Below are positions 28,034-36,281 of a stretch of DNA of 52,670 bases, one piece after another. Source of the DNA: a virus (taxonomy: Duplodnaviria; Caudoviricetes); IMG/VR virus record IMGVR_UViG_3300034068_000720, positions 1 to 52,670 of that record; one strand, written 5' to 3'. A program made the position numbers and the translations under genes. The first letter of the stretch is position 1. The number at the start of each line of letters is the position of its first letter. A model generated the notes under the pieces. That model did no database searches and was not told the origin of the DNA. It worked only from the letters and a program-made list of their open reading frames with translations.

Positions 28034-28711
28034 ATGCAATTATATCATATTCCAATACCTTCATTGTGGCCCACTGAAGAAGAAGCCAAGTACGCCACTG
28101 AAAAAATAATTCCAGTTGCAGAAGAATCAGCTAGGAATTTATTTGAACGATTGGGCCCAAAGTTTGATAAAACCTACATAGATCAAGACTTAGTTTTAAG
28201 CTGGGGCACAGGCCAGCGTATGAAAGCTCATGTCGAAGAATTAGGATTATCCTTAAAAGCATTTTCAGTATTTGTAGGAGCACCAGGCACACTTTCAGCT
28301 AGACCGCATGTGGATGGACTGGGCAGTGGAATAGTTGATGATAAAATAGTTGGTAGTGCAATGATTGCTAGATTAAACGTACCACTTAGGGGTATTACAG
28401 GCAGTAGACTCAACTGGTGGAAAACTGGAACAAACGACCCAAGAATTTTAGAACGTCACTTTGAAGAATGGAATGCTAGAACAAAGGCATGGCAAAAAGG
28501 ATTCAGTTATTTGGCTGATCCAAAGTTAGATTGGGAAGAACCTGACTGGTACATTGACGAGCCAGGGCCTTGTTGGAATAGAACAGAGTTGGCACATAGA
28601 TTAGATCTACATAACACAACAGAAATACGTATTAATATCACTGCTGAAATTTTAGTTCCTGTGTCTTGGGAAACACTAGTAGAACGCTTACATGCTCGGG
28701 GTTATTGTTGA
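28034..28711 (+). CDS. Fe/2OG oxygenase-like protein
   Basis: RPHVDG, RLNVPL, LAHRL, RINIT. Confidence 0.55.
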   Translation: MQLYHIPIPSLWPTEEEAKYATEKIIPVAEESARNLFERLGPKFDKTYIDQDLVLSWGTGQRMKAHVEELGLSLKAFSVFVGAPGTLSARPHVDGLGSGIVDDKIVGSAMIARLNVPLRGITGSRLNWWKTGTNDPRILERHFEEWNARTKAWQKGFSYLADPKLDWEEPDWYIDEPGPCWNRTELAHRLDLHNTTEIRINITAEILVPVSWETLVERLHARGYC

Positions 28712-28717
28712 CGTCTA

Positions 28718-28803
28718 ATAGATTTTGTCAATTGCCGCTATAAAAAAATACAATGGGTTTTAATGGTTTTATAGTTGACTTCTATGATATATACTAGTAT
28801 ACT
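28718..28803 (+). promoter_or_regulatory. OxyR-type binding site and promoter of the ahpC operon
   Basis: ATAG-N7-CAAT-N7-ATAA-N7-CAAT (28718-54); ATAG-N7-CTAT over TTGACT-17-TATACT. Confidence 0.65.
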
Positions 28804-28883
28804 TGAAAGTATCAGTATAAACACTGAGTTCCGAAGCCGATGAAGGATCGGAACTTACTCGCTTAAACAAAGGAGATATAAGC

Positions 28884-29423
28884 ATGAAAACAGTTGGTGA
28901 TAAATTAACCCCATTCGCAGTAACAGGTGTTCGTCCAGGACAACCAGAAGACGCTTTCTATACTATTACAGAAAATAGTTTTGAAGGTAAATGGAAAGTA
29001 ATCGTTTACTATCCAAAAGATTTTACATTCGTATGTCCTACCGAAATCGTAGCCTACGACAAATTGACCACAGACTTTGCCGACCGTGATGCAGTCTTGC
29101 TAACAGGTAGCACAGACAATGAGTTCTGTAAAGTAGCATGGCAGACAGCCCATGCTGATCTAAAGAAAATCACACATCACCAGTTTGCCGACACACAGCG
29201 TGGTGAGTTGTCATTAATTGAACAACTGGGTGTATTCTATGCTCCAGCCGGCGCGGCATTACGTGCCACATTCATTATTGATCCAAGCAATGAAATCCAA
29301 CACGTTACTGTGAACAACTTGAACGTTGGTCGTAGCCCAGAAGAAACACTTCGCGTATTGGATGCGCTACAAACTGGTGAACTATGTGCTTGTAACCGCA
29401 CAGTAGGTGGAGAGACTCTGTAA
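28884..29423 (+). CDS. ahpC: Peroxiredoxin AhpC
   Basis: YPKDFTFVCPTE, VGRSPEE. Confidence 0.95.
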   Translation: MKTVGDKLTPFAVTGVRPGQPEDAFYTITENSFEGKWKVIVYYPKDFTFVCPTEIVAYDKLTTDFADRDAVLLTGSTDNEFCKVAWQTAHADLKKITHHQFADTQRGELSLIEQLGVFYAPAGAALRATFIIDPSNEIQHVTVNNLNVGRSPEETLRVLDALQTGELCACNRTVGGETL

Positions 29424-29839
29424 TGTTGAATACAAAAAATGTTGATCGTGTTGGAAATACATTAGTTGATATTTTTCACCGATTAGCACTTTTTGGAATA
29501 GGCGCCGCAACGGTATGGGCCGCTGGCTGGACGTTTTTTGAAATGTTCCAGAAGCACCATGCCGGAGTTGCTGACTTGTTACTGATGTTTATCTATTTGG
29601 AAATTGGGGCCATGGTTGGGATTTATTTTAGAACCAACCATATGCCTGTTAGGTTTCTACTTTACATAGCAATAACTGCATTGACCCGGCACATGGTAGA
29701 TATCATGAGTCACCAGCCCATCAACATTGTTGAGATGCTGTCAGTGGCTGGTTCCACATTTGTTATTGCCATTAGCGTATTGGTTATTCGATATACCAGT
29801 GCAAAGTTTCCCAGTGATAAAAAAGATGAGGTAGCATAA
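29423..29839 (+). CDS. psiE: Phosphate-starvation-inducible PsiE-family membrane protein
   Basis: DLLLMFIYLE..YFRTNHMPVRFLLYIAITALTR. Confidence 0.85.
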   Translation: MLNTKNVDRVGNTLVDIFHRLALFGIGAATVWAAGWTFFEMFQKHHAGVADLLLMFIYLEIGAMVGIYFRTNHMPVRFLLYIAITALTRHMVDIMSHQPINIVEMLSVAGSTFVIAISVLVIRYTSAKFPSDKKDEVA

Positions 29840-29840
29840 A

Positions 29841-30347
29841 ATGAGTTTTATTGAATCAGTTAAAGGTGCATTACCAGACTACGCAAAAGATACCAAGTTA
29901 AATCTTGATGCTGTCCTGTTGCGTAGCACATTAGATGCAGATGTGGCCATGGGTTGTGCTGTAGCCGCACTTGCCGCAACAGGCAACGGCAAAATTCTAT
30001 CGGTAATTTTAGCAGATGCTCCAGTACACGCAGAGTCGGCACTGACCGCCGCAAGCATTATGGCACAGAACAATGTATGGTATCCATATGTTGAGATGGC
30101 CGATGATCCTAGTCTAAAAGGATTGCCTGCACAGTTACGTATGAACGCCATTGCGTCACACGGTGGAACTACCAAGAGCAACTTTGAAGCATTTAGTTTG
30201 GCAGCTAGCATTGTTGGCAAGTGTCACTTCTGTGTAAAAGCACATTACGAAACATTGAAGACAGAAGGCTACACAGTGGAACAACTTCGTGACATTGGTC
30301 GGATTGCCAGTGTTATGAATAGTGTAGCAAAAGTGCTGAACAGTTAA
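29841..30347 (+). CDS. ahpD: Alkyl hydroperoxide reductase AhpD
   Basis: LPDYAKD, MAQNNVWY, CHFCVKAH. Confidence 0.92.
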   Translation: MSFIESVKGALPDYAKDTKLNLDAVLLRSTLDADVAMGCAVAALAATGNGKILSVILADAPVHAESALTAASIMAQNNVWYPYVEMADDPSLKGLPAQLRMNAIASHGGTTKSNFEAFSLAASIVGKCHFCVKAHYETLKTEGYTVEQLRDIGRIASVMNSVAKVLNS

Positions 30348-30348
30348 T

Positions 30349-31092
30349 ATGTTTACAGAAAAAGTTACATGGGTTCATCACTGGAGTGATCGTACATTCA
30401 GTTTTAAATGCACTCGCAATACTGCATTCAGATTTGTTGCTGGCGAATTTGCCATGATTGGTTTAATGATTGACGGCAAGAGAGTTATTAGAGCTTATAG
30501 TGTGGTAAGTCCACCATGGGCAGAAGAACTAGAATTCCTTAGTATTAAAATTCAAGACGGTGAATTGACCAGTAGGCTACAACATATAGAAGTTGGCAGT
30601 GAAGTTGTCGTCATGCCTAAAGCTACAGGCACATTAGTTAACAGTGCATTAACACCTGGCGGTGAACTATGGATGCTGGCCACTGGCACAGGGCTTGCTC
30701 CTTTTATGAGCTTGATTCGTGATCTAGAAACATTGGAAACATGGACTAAGATTCATATGGTTCATAGTGTTAGACATAGTTCAGATTTAGCGTATAACGC
30801 AGATTTAACATCTGCATTTAAACTTCATCCGCAAGATGGGGAATTGCACGAAATGGTTCATGCGGTATTAGAATATCATCCTATACTTACAGGGCAAGGA
30901 GAGCATAGGATTACAACGCAACTTGCCCATCACCACTTGCCCATAGACACAGATACAGATAAAATCATGGTCTGTGGTAATTTAGAATTTAATCATCAAG
31001 TTGCTGATTGGTGTCGAGCACAAGGCATGACTGAAGGAAGCATACGTGAACCAGGAACATTTGTTGTAGAAAGAGCATTTGTAGAAAAATGA
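30349..31092 (+). CDS. fpr: Ferredoxin--NADP+ reductase
   Basis: RAYS, ATGTGLAPF, MVCG, ERAFVEK. Confidence 0.92.
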   Translation: MFTEKVTWVHHWSDRTFSFKCTRNTAFRFVAGEFAMIGLMIDGKRVIRAYSVVSPPWAEELEFLSIKIQDGELTSRLQHIEVGSEVVVMPKATGTLVNSALTPGGELWMLATGTGLAPFMSLIRDLETLETWTKIHMVHSVRHSSDLAYNADLTSAFKLHPQDGELHEMVHAVLEYHPILTGQGEHRITTQLAHHHLPIDTDTDKIMVCGNLEFNHQVADWCRAQGMTEGSIREPGTFVVERAFVEK

Positions 31093-31117
31093 AAACGATT
31101 ATCGTAAAGGAAATACA

Positions 31118-31513
31118 ATGCTAGAATGTTTGATTTTAGGTGACAGTATTGCAGTTGGCACACACCAATTCCGGCAAGAGTGTGTGCTAGTGGGTAAGGG
31201 TGGCATCAACTCTTGGCAATTCAACAAGAACTACGCCAAGAAAATTGAGCCGGCTAATACAGTAATCATCAGCTTGGGTTCTAACGATCATGATGGTGTA
31301 AACAGTTTCAAGGAACTGTTGGCCATGCGACAACGGATAGAAGGCAAGCGAGTATTTTGGATCATGCCTGCCATCAAACCACACATTCAAGACATGGTGC
31401 AGATCATTGCCAAAAATTATGGTGATACAGTACTGCCCATCACCAAGTTACAGCCTGACAAAGTACACCCAAGTTGGGCTGGCTACAACGAAATTGCAAG
31501 TACTACTAAGTAA
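31118..31513 (+). CDS. SGNH/GDSL hydrolase-like protein
   Basis: LGDSIA, LGSND, DKVHP. Confidence 0.8.
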   Translation: MLECLILGDSIAVGTHQFRQECVLVGKGGINSWQFNKNYAKKIEPANTVIISLGSNDHDGVNSFKELLAMRQRIEGKRVFWIMPAIKPHIQDMVQIIAKNYGDTVLPITKLQPDKVHPSWAGYNEIASTTK

Positions 31514-31517
31514 GGGC

Positions 31518-32105
31518 ATGATTACTCAATTTCCAATTCTTATTTTAGCAAATTATAGAACAGGATCAACAGCACTGCTCCATAGTATGGCCAGCGAATA
31601 CAGTTTAGAACGTTTTTCAGAACCGCATCTTAGGCCTGAGTCGATGCAGACATTGTCTGATAAGATTGAAAATAAACAAAATGATTCTATTATTAAATTC
31701 ATGCCTGATCAAATTGTCAAATATCAAATATATCAATACTTTTACAACAGCGATTGCTATAAAATTAAACTACAGCGCAGAGACAGGGTGGCTCAGATTA
31801 CAAGTTTCTATGCATCGCTTATAAGTGGAAAATGGCATGAATATAAATCAGTGCCACCCACTAAAAAATATTCTATTCCGTTTAACGATGAAGTTGCCGA
31901 TCGTGCAATTGATCAAATACTACATAACGACAAATTGTTCGAGGAAATGGATATTAAATTTGACCAAGAATTATTTTATGAAGATTTGAATTTAGAAAGT
32001 ACCCCTTTTATTTCTAAGTTACCTAGCTTAATAAATTATAATAAAATTTATCTATACTTGGAACACAAATTGCAGATCCAATCTGAGCTGGCTACAAAGA
32101 GCTAG
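31518..32105 (+). CDS. Sulfotransferase-like protein
   Basis: ANYRTGSTALL, FSEP, LQRRD..QITS, FYEDL. Confidence 0.65.
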   Translation: MITQFPILILANYRTGSTALLHSMASEYSLERFSEPHLRPESMQTLSDKIENKQNDSIIKFMPDQIVKYQIYQYFYNSDCYKIKLQRRDRVAQITSFYASLISGKWHEYKSVPPTKKYSIPFNDEVADRAIDQILHNDKLFEEMDIKFDQELFYEDLNLESTPFISKLPSLINYNKIYLYLEHKLQIQSELATKS

Positions 32106-32127
32106 TGAGTAATACAAAATAACTACC

Positions 32128-32176
32128 GTTGTATTTTTACAACACCGGTTGACAAACTAATTTTTTGTGCTATAAT
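32128..32176 (+). promoter_or_regulatory. Palindromic operator plus sigma70 promoter
   Basis: GTTGTATTTTTACAAC; TTGACA-16-TATAAT with extended TG. Confidence 0.65.
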
Positions 32177-32196
32177 AGTTCTTTAAAAGGATTTCT

Positions 32197-32409
32197 ATGT
32201 TGACACTTAAACAACGAGCCGCAATCGAAGTGGCAAAAATTTTCATCTTGGCAATAGTTATTGGCACAGGTACTGGCATTTTGCTTAATACTGTGCCACT
32301 GGCAATCATTGGCATTGGTGCATGTATCATCATGTTGGTGTTTGGTACCAAGATGATTTATGATACAAAGCTTTCACAACTGGAAGCAGAAGAAAAATTA
32401 AAAAGTTAA
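32197..32409 (+). CDS. Small two-helix membrane protein
   Basis: AAGGA SD; two hydrophobic segments. Confidence 0.7.
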   Translation: MLTLKQRAAIEVAKIFILAIVIGTGTGILLNTVPLAIIGIGACIIMLVFGTKMIYDTKLSQLEAEEKLKS

Positions 32410-32436
32410 ATTTTTTCACTATAAGTCAAATAAAGG

Positions 32437-32465
32437 TTGACAAGTAGACTAAGTAAGTGTATAAT
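32437..32465 (+). promoter_or_regulatory. sigma70 promoter of tRNA array 2 leader
   Basis: TTGACA-17-TATAAT; ATG 7 nt downstream. Confidence 0.8.
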
Positions 32466-32472
32466 GATTACT

Positions 32473-32586
32473 ATGATGCAAAACATTTCTTATCAATCGC
32501 AAAGTTGGTGCTCTAAGCAGAGTATAAGCTTCTGTGCCTCTAAGTTTATGTCTTATCGTCATATTTCAGGAGCATGTCCAGGATAA
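32473..32586 (+). CDS. Putative leader (attenuator) peptide 2, MMQNISYQSQSWCSKQSISFCASKFMSYRHISGACPG
   Basis: Leaderless start; last codons form the antiterminator 5' strand; composition matches array 2 tRNAs. Confidence 0.75.
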   Translation: MMQNISYQSQSWCSKQSISFCASKFMSYRHISGACPG

Positions 32587-32638
32587 AGTAATCTAGCCAT
32601 TACTAACACCCTGGACTCGAAAGGCTCCAGGGTTTTTT
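32576..32638 (+). terminator. Attenuator 2: antiterminator overlapping intrinsic terminator
   Basis: GTCCAGG/CCTGGAC plus AGTAAT/ATTACT; terminator CCCTGGA/TCCAGGG + TTTTTT. Confidence 0.8.
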
Positions 32639-32652
32639 ATTGATAGGAAAAA

Positions 32653-32814
32653 ATGAAATCAGGTAACAAGAAATTAAAAGAAGTTGAGTGGATTCGACAG
32701 CACACGTTAACACAAGAGCAGACTAAACAACTGATTCTAAACAAGTTAAAACGTGCTGAAGAAATGCATATCGCTTTTAAACGGCAGGAGATGTTGGTTC
32801 AAAAACATCGTTGA
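32653..32814 (+). CDS. Small basic hypothetical protein (53 aa)
   Basis: AGGA SD; first ORF after attenuator 2. Confidence 0.6.
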   Translation: MKSGNKKLKEVEWIRQHTLTQEQTKQLILNKLKRAEEMHIAFKRQEMLVQKHR

Positions 32815-32918
32815 TAGCAAAGTGTGTATAGGTAACGAGGACCTAGCCTGCACTTAAAACATGGGCAAACGGGCGGCGACTAGGATGAAATCCCTTGTGT
32901 GGGAGGAAAAATTAGATC
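32815..32918 (+). ncRNA. Possible structured RNA
   Basis: GC-rich intergenic stretch; TAGGT/ACCTA and GGAT-GAA-ATCC hairpins. Confidence 0.4.
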
Positions 32919-32974
32919 GTATTAAAGCATTCTTTAAGAACAGGCAGCCTAAGTATTTTAGAGTGCTTTAATAC
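32919..32974 (+). ncRNA. Stem-enclosed element
   Basis: GTATTAAAGCATTCT / AGAGTGCTTTAATAC, related to the array 1 stems. Confidence 0.45.
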
Positions 32975-33004
32975 ACACATTTGCAAGAGTGTGTTAGAAA
33001 CATG

Positions 33005-33033
33005 TTGACAATCAACATGCAAAGCCTTATAAT
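33005..33033 (+). promoter_or_regulatory. sigma70 promoter directly upstream of array 2 tRNAs
   Basis: TTGACA-17-TATAAT; -35 lies inside palindrome CATGTTGA-CAA-TCAACATG. Confidence 0.7.
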
Positions 33034-33041
33034 AAGATTAT

Positions 33042-33116
33042 GGGCTAATAGCTTAATGGTAAAGCAGTCGACTCATAATCGATTGAGTGTAGGTTCAATT
33101 CCTACTTAGCCCACCA
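33042..33116 (+). tRNA. tRNA-Ile2(CAT), lysidine type
   Basis: CGACTCATAATCG anticodon arm and GGTTCAA T-loop resemble bacterial Ile2; Met cannot be excluded. Confidence 0.8.
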
Positions 33117-33125
33117 AACAATTTA

Positions 33126-33210
33126 GGAGATGCCGCCGTAATGGTATGGCAGGGGACTGTAAATCCTCCGACTTCGGTCATAATAGGTTCGATCCCTATC
33201 ATCTCCACCA
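33126..33210 (+). tRNA. tRNA-Tyr(GTA)
   Basis: Loop CTGTAAA, variable arm, CCA. Confidence 0.93.
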
Positions 33211-33214
33211 ATTT

Positions 33215-33288
33215 GTATCCATAGTGTAATGGCAGCATCGCGGTCTCCAAAACCGTCAGTCTAGGTTCGAGTCCTAGTGGGTACGCCA
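33215..33288 (+). tRNA. tRNA-Trp(CCA)
   Basis: Loop CTCCAAA, CCA. Confidence 0.93.
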
Positions 33289-33295
33289 AATAATA

Positions 33296-33387
33296 GGAAA
33301 GTGATGCAGGTGCGTTGGTGCGCCGACCAGCCTTGAAAACTGGGTTCTCAGAAATGGGATGGGGTTCGACTCCTCCGCTTTCCGCCA
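33296..33387 (+). tRNA. tRNA-Ser(TGA) with 8/4 cloverleaf
   Basis: 8-bp acceptor, 4-bp T-stem, 6-bp D-stem, loop CTTGAAA, G73, CCA. Confidence 0.85.
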
Positions 33388-33390
33388 AAT

Positions 33391-33466
33391 GCCAAGATAG
33401 CTCAGTTGGTAGAGCACCGGTCTGAAGAATCGGGTGTGGTTGGTTCGATCCCAACTCTTGGTACCA
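33391..33466 (+). tRNA. tRNA-Phe(GAA)
   Basis: Loop CTGAAGA, CCA. Confidence 0.93.
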
Positions 33467-33473
33467 AATTAAT

Positions 33474-33549
33474 GTGGGTGTGTACTGAATGGTTAGGTAG
33501 CGGATTGCAAATCCGTTTTATGCAGGTTCGATCCCTGTCACCCACTCCA
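33474..33549 (+). tRNA. tRNA-Cys(GCA)
   Basis: Loop TTGCAAA, U73, CCA. Confidence 0.93.
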
Positions 33550-33558
33550 AAATATTAC

Positions 33559-33632
33559 TGGGGGTTAGTTAAATGGTATAACCGCGGATTTTGATTCCGC
33601 TGTCACAAGTTCGATTCTTGTACCCTCTGCCA
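33559..33632 (+). tRNA. tRNA-Gln(TTG)
   Basis: Loop TTTTGAT, CCA. Confidence 0.92.
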
Positions 33633-33651
33633 AATTTATCAGGAGTAACGT

Positions 33652-33774
33652 ATGAACTGGGAAGCATCTAACAAAATTAACGAAAGGGCAATCCTAGAAT
33701 GGACCCGAATGTGTAAAGCATACCGGGAGTATCTTTACCTCGGAAGATCTTCATCGCTATCGTATAATGGATAA
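33652..33774 (+). CDS. Possible 40-aa ORF overlapping tRNA-Arg(GCG)
   Basis: AGGAG SD; MNWEASNKINERAILEW.. Confidence 0.4.
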   Translation: MNWEASNKINERAILEWTRMCKAYREYLYLGRSSSLSYNG

Positions 33775-33827
33775 TACACCAGTTTGCGGAACTGGGAATT
33801 TAGGTTCGATTCCTGATGGCGGTACCA
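33753..33827 (+). tRNA. tRNA-Arg(GCG)
   Basis: Cloverleaf, loop TTGCGGA, CCA. Confidence 0.88.
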
Positions 33828-33841
33828 ATATAAATATTTCA

Positions 33842-34585
33842 ATGAATCCAAATTTATTAATAATCAAAGACATTGTAGGAACACCATTGATAACCAAGTT
33901 TAGAGGAGTAGATTCTGAATCTCGTTTCAATCATAATCTGGCCAATACTCCTGGCTTTAAAGCTGAATGGGCCAACTTTCCAATCACCTATAGTTTAAAC
34001 AGCAACTACTATCGTTGCCCCGAATGGAAAGACATAGAGTGGGATAAAAGTGTTTTGTTGTTAGGCGACAGTTGGGCATTTGGCCAGGGGCTGGATCTTC
34101 CTTCAACCATCGCCAGCAGACTTAGTCATGAGCTAAACGGGATACCTGTGGTCAACCTTGGGCAAACTGGTACCAGCTGGACATTTTCCTGGATTAATTC
34201 AGTTAGATTAGTTGAAGCTGGAATTAGGCCCCGGGCCGTGATTTATATTTGGACGCATACTGCACGTTACGCTCAGTTGCTAGAAAACAACATAACACAC
34301 TCGCATGGGGCATGGGACGTTGACCAGCCAGGCTTAAGCCGAGAATATGCCATGGATCCGGTGCATTCTATGAACATGAGTATAGAGATTTTAAGATCAA
34401 TTCGCACAATGTGGACTTGTCCACAACTGCATTACACTTGGAGTAAGCATGTTGAGTTGCCAGGAGTACACTATCTTGGTAACTCAGAACTTGACAAAGC
34501 TCGTGATCTTATACATCCTGGTCCCAGATCAACTGCACAGTGGGCACGATCTATGGCACAGGAATTGTCAAGTAAAATTAACTAA
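33842..34585 (+). CDS. SGNH-like hypothetical protein
   Basis: LLGDSWAFG, VNLG..G, DLIHPG; TATAAATA-N5-ATG. Confidence 0.65.
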   Translation: MNPNLLIIKDIVGTPLITKFRGVDSESRFNHNLANTPGFKAEWANFPITYSLNSNYYRCPEWKDIEWDKSVLLLGDSWAFGQGLDLPSTIASRLSHELNGIPVVNLGQTGTSWTFSWINSVRLVEAGIRPRAVIYIWTHTARYAQLLENNITHSHGAWDVDQPGLSREYAMDPVHSMNMSIEILRSIRTMWTCPQLHYTWSKHVELPGVHYLGNSELDKARDLIHPGPRSTAQWARSMAQELSSKIN

Positions 34586-34593
34586 TAAAATTT

Positions 34594-34669
34594 GGGACTA
34601 TAGCTCAGCTGGTAGAGCAGTGGACTTTTAATCCATTGGTCGCGAGTTCGAATCTCGCTGGTCCCACCA
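34594..34669 (+). tRNA. tRNA-Lys(TTT)
   Basis: Loop CTTTTAA, CCA. Confidence 0.95.
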
Positions 34670-34670
34670 A

Positions 34671-35171
34671 TTATTCAGAAGGTTTATCTATATTAATAGA
34701 AATAGATACTCTGTCACCAGATCCGGTGTTTATACCAGCTCTGTGATGCATGTCTTTTGAAAATAAAAACCATGTGCCTGTTTCGCAGTTGTGCTTGGTC
34801 CACCGGTTACCAATTAGTAATTCCAATGGAGGGTGACTTGGTTTACAATTAACATAATACACTAAAACTTTATCTCCTGAGTGTAAATGATAGTGTGACT
34901 TCATTATACCTCCGGTTAATGTAATATTATACCAACTTATCATTATTTGATCAGGTACAACCAAGTGCTTTAAGCAATCTAGTACTGGTGCAAATTCAGG
35001 CCAAAGATGCGGGTTGGCACCGGGGTTTGTTCGGGCTCCTGCGTGAGATTCCACTATTCTTTCAAAATGTTTACTAGTAGGGTTAATCATAGCGATAGTC
35101 TTATCAGTGGAAGTATCCATGCATCGTTTCATCAATGCAGTATTATCAATATTAAGACGTCCAGTTAGCAT
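34671..35171 (-). CDS. Fe/2OG oxygenase-like protein
   Basis: SWYN, SHYH, MHHRAGIN..DRVSISINI; TAAATA-N5-ATG. Confidence 0.7.
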   Translation of the reverse strand: MLTGRLNIDNTALMKRCMDTSTDKTIAMINPTSKHFERIVESHAGARTNPGANPHLWPEFAPVLDCLKHLVVPDQIMISWYNITLTGGIMKSHYHLHSGDKVLVYYVNCKPSHPPLELLIGNRWTKHNCETGTWFLFSKDMHHRAGINTGSGDRVSISINIDKPSE

Positions 35172-35199
35172 AAAATTATTTAGTGCAGACTTTCTATAT

Positions 35200-35274
35200 G
35201 GTGATATAGCACAGTGGTAGTGCATCTGCTTCATACGCAGAGTGTCGTAGGTTCAAATCCTACTATCACCACCA
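35200..35274 (+). tRNA. tRNA-Met(CAT), elongator type
   Basis: G1-C72 pair, loop TTCATAC, CCA. Confidence 0.88.
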
Positions 35275-35283
35275 AAATATTAT

Positions 35284-35359
35284 GGAGTTGTTAGTGTAAA
35301 GGTTAACACCACGGATTGTGATTCCGTTAATATGGGTTCGATTCCCATACTTCTCCCCA
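35284..35359 (+). tRNA. tRNA-His(GTG)
   Basis: G-1:C73, loop TTGTGAT, CCA; two U-U mismatches in acceptor stem. Confidence 0.85.
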
Positions 35360-35385
35360 ATATATAAGTATACAACGTAATTTAC

Positions 35386-35461
35386 ACCGCTATAGCTCAG
35401 TTGGTAGAGCACCGCCTTGATAAGGCGTAGGTCCCTGGTTCGAGTCCAGGTGGCGGTACCA
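35386..35461 (+). tRNA. tRNA-Ile(GAT)
   Basis: Loop TTGATAA, CCA. Confidence 0.93.
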
Positions 35462-35464
35462 ATT

Positions 35465-35662
35465 TTATTGTTTGTCTATCTTCTTGGCGATTTCGTGAGC
35501 CGTTTTAATTACCTTTTTAGGAAGGTCATGTGCAGGTTTTTCACCGTAGCCGTATTTCTTTTTGGCCACTGCCATTCCTACAGCATAAGGATTGTCTACT
35601 TTTTCTTCTACAGGTACGTCATTGATAATGTCAATGTATTTTCTTAGTAAGTTGCCACTCAT
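35465..35662 (-). CDS. Small hypothetical protein
   Basis: AAGGA SD; LRKYIDII, NPYAVGMAVAKK. Confidence 0.65.
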   Translation of the reverse strand: MSGNLLRKYIDIINDVPVEEKVDNPYAVGMAVAKKKYGYGEKPAHDLPKKVIKTAHEIAKKIDKQ

Positions 35663-35730
35663 GATCAAATTCCTTTACAATATTTAACACCGTTAAATAA
35701 AGTATACTCATACTTTCGTACGAGTATCGT

Positions 35731-35805
35731 CGGTCCTTAGTTCAATGGATAGAATGCTTGGCTTCGAACCAAGTGGTGTGGGTTCGATTCCTGCAGGACC
35801 GGCCA
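35731..35805 (+). tRNA. tRNA-Arg(TCG)
   Basis: Loop CTTCGAA, CCA. Confidence 0.92.
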
Positions 35806-35811
35806 GTTATT

Positions 35812-36144
35812 TTAGCGCAGACCGCGAGCCAATCGCATTGGAATAACAGCGGCAATTTCGTCGTAGTCATCCATGTCAATCACATCGTCGGTGCCAACTT
35901 CAATTATTTTTTCAACCAAGAAGTGCAGTAGTGTGTCACTGACAACATCTTCGCGTACCAGTTCTAGTATGCGGATAAGTGCAGGAATATTAAAGCTGAC
36001 AGCAGGACCGTAGGCTTCTTTGGTTTCTACCATTGATTCATCTTCAGTTTCGCCATTGGTATCTGTTGTAGTACCATTTCTATAATGTAGTACATATTTA
36101 GACTTGGGTAAAATTGTTTTGTTAGATTTTCTGTAGTATGCCAT
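35812..36144 (-). CDS. Hypothetical protein
   Basis: AAGGA SD; IPALIRILELVRED. Confidence 0.65.
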   Translation of the reverse strand: MAYYRKSNKTILPKSKYVLHYRNGTTTDTNGETEDESMVETKEAYGPAVSFNIPALIRILELVREDVVSDTLLHFLVEKIIEVGTDDVIDMDDYDEIAAVIPMRLARGLR

Positions 36145-36231
36145 TTGGTTTCCTTTGTAGTTACTTAGACCATCTATTTAAAATTACAAAATGAAAACAT
36201 CACACTACTTTAGCCGATCTAGCAATTTGTC

Positions 36232-36260
36232 TTGACAAAGATCAATAAGTATCGTATAAT
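36232..36260 (+). promoter_or_regulatory. sigma70 promoter upstream of tRNA-Ser(GCT)
   Basis: TTGACA-17-TATAAT. Confidence 0.7.
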
Positions 36261-36281
36261 AAACAAATAGCAAAGAACACA

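Noticed and set aside
33296-33387. tRNA-Sec or suppressor tRNA
   Set aside because: The anticodon is TGA (reads UCA, Ser), not TCA.
33095-35647. ORF-track entries at 33095, 33406, 35417 and the 5' extensions of 33767 and 34671..35234
   Set aside because: Shadow frames across tRNA genes; better starts exist at 33842 and 35171.
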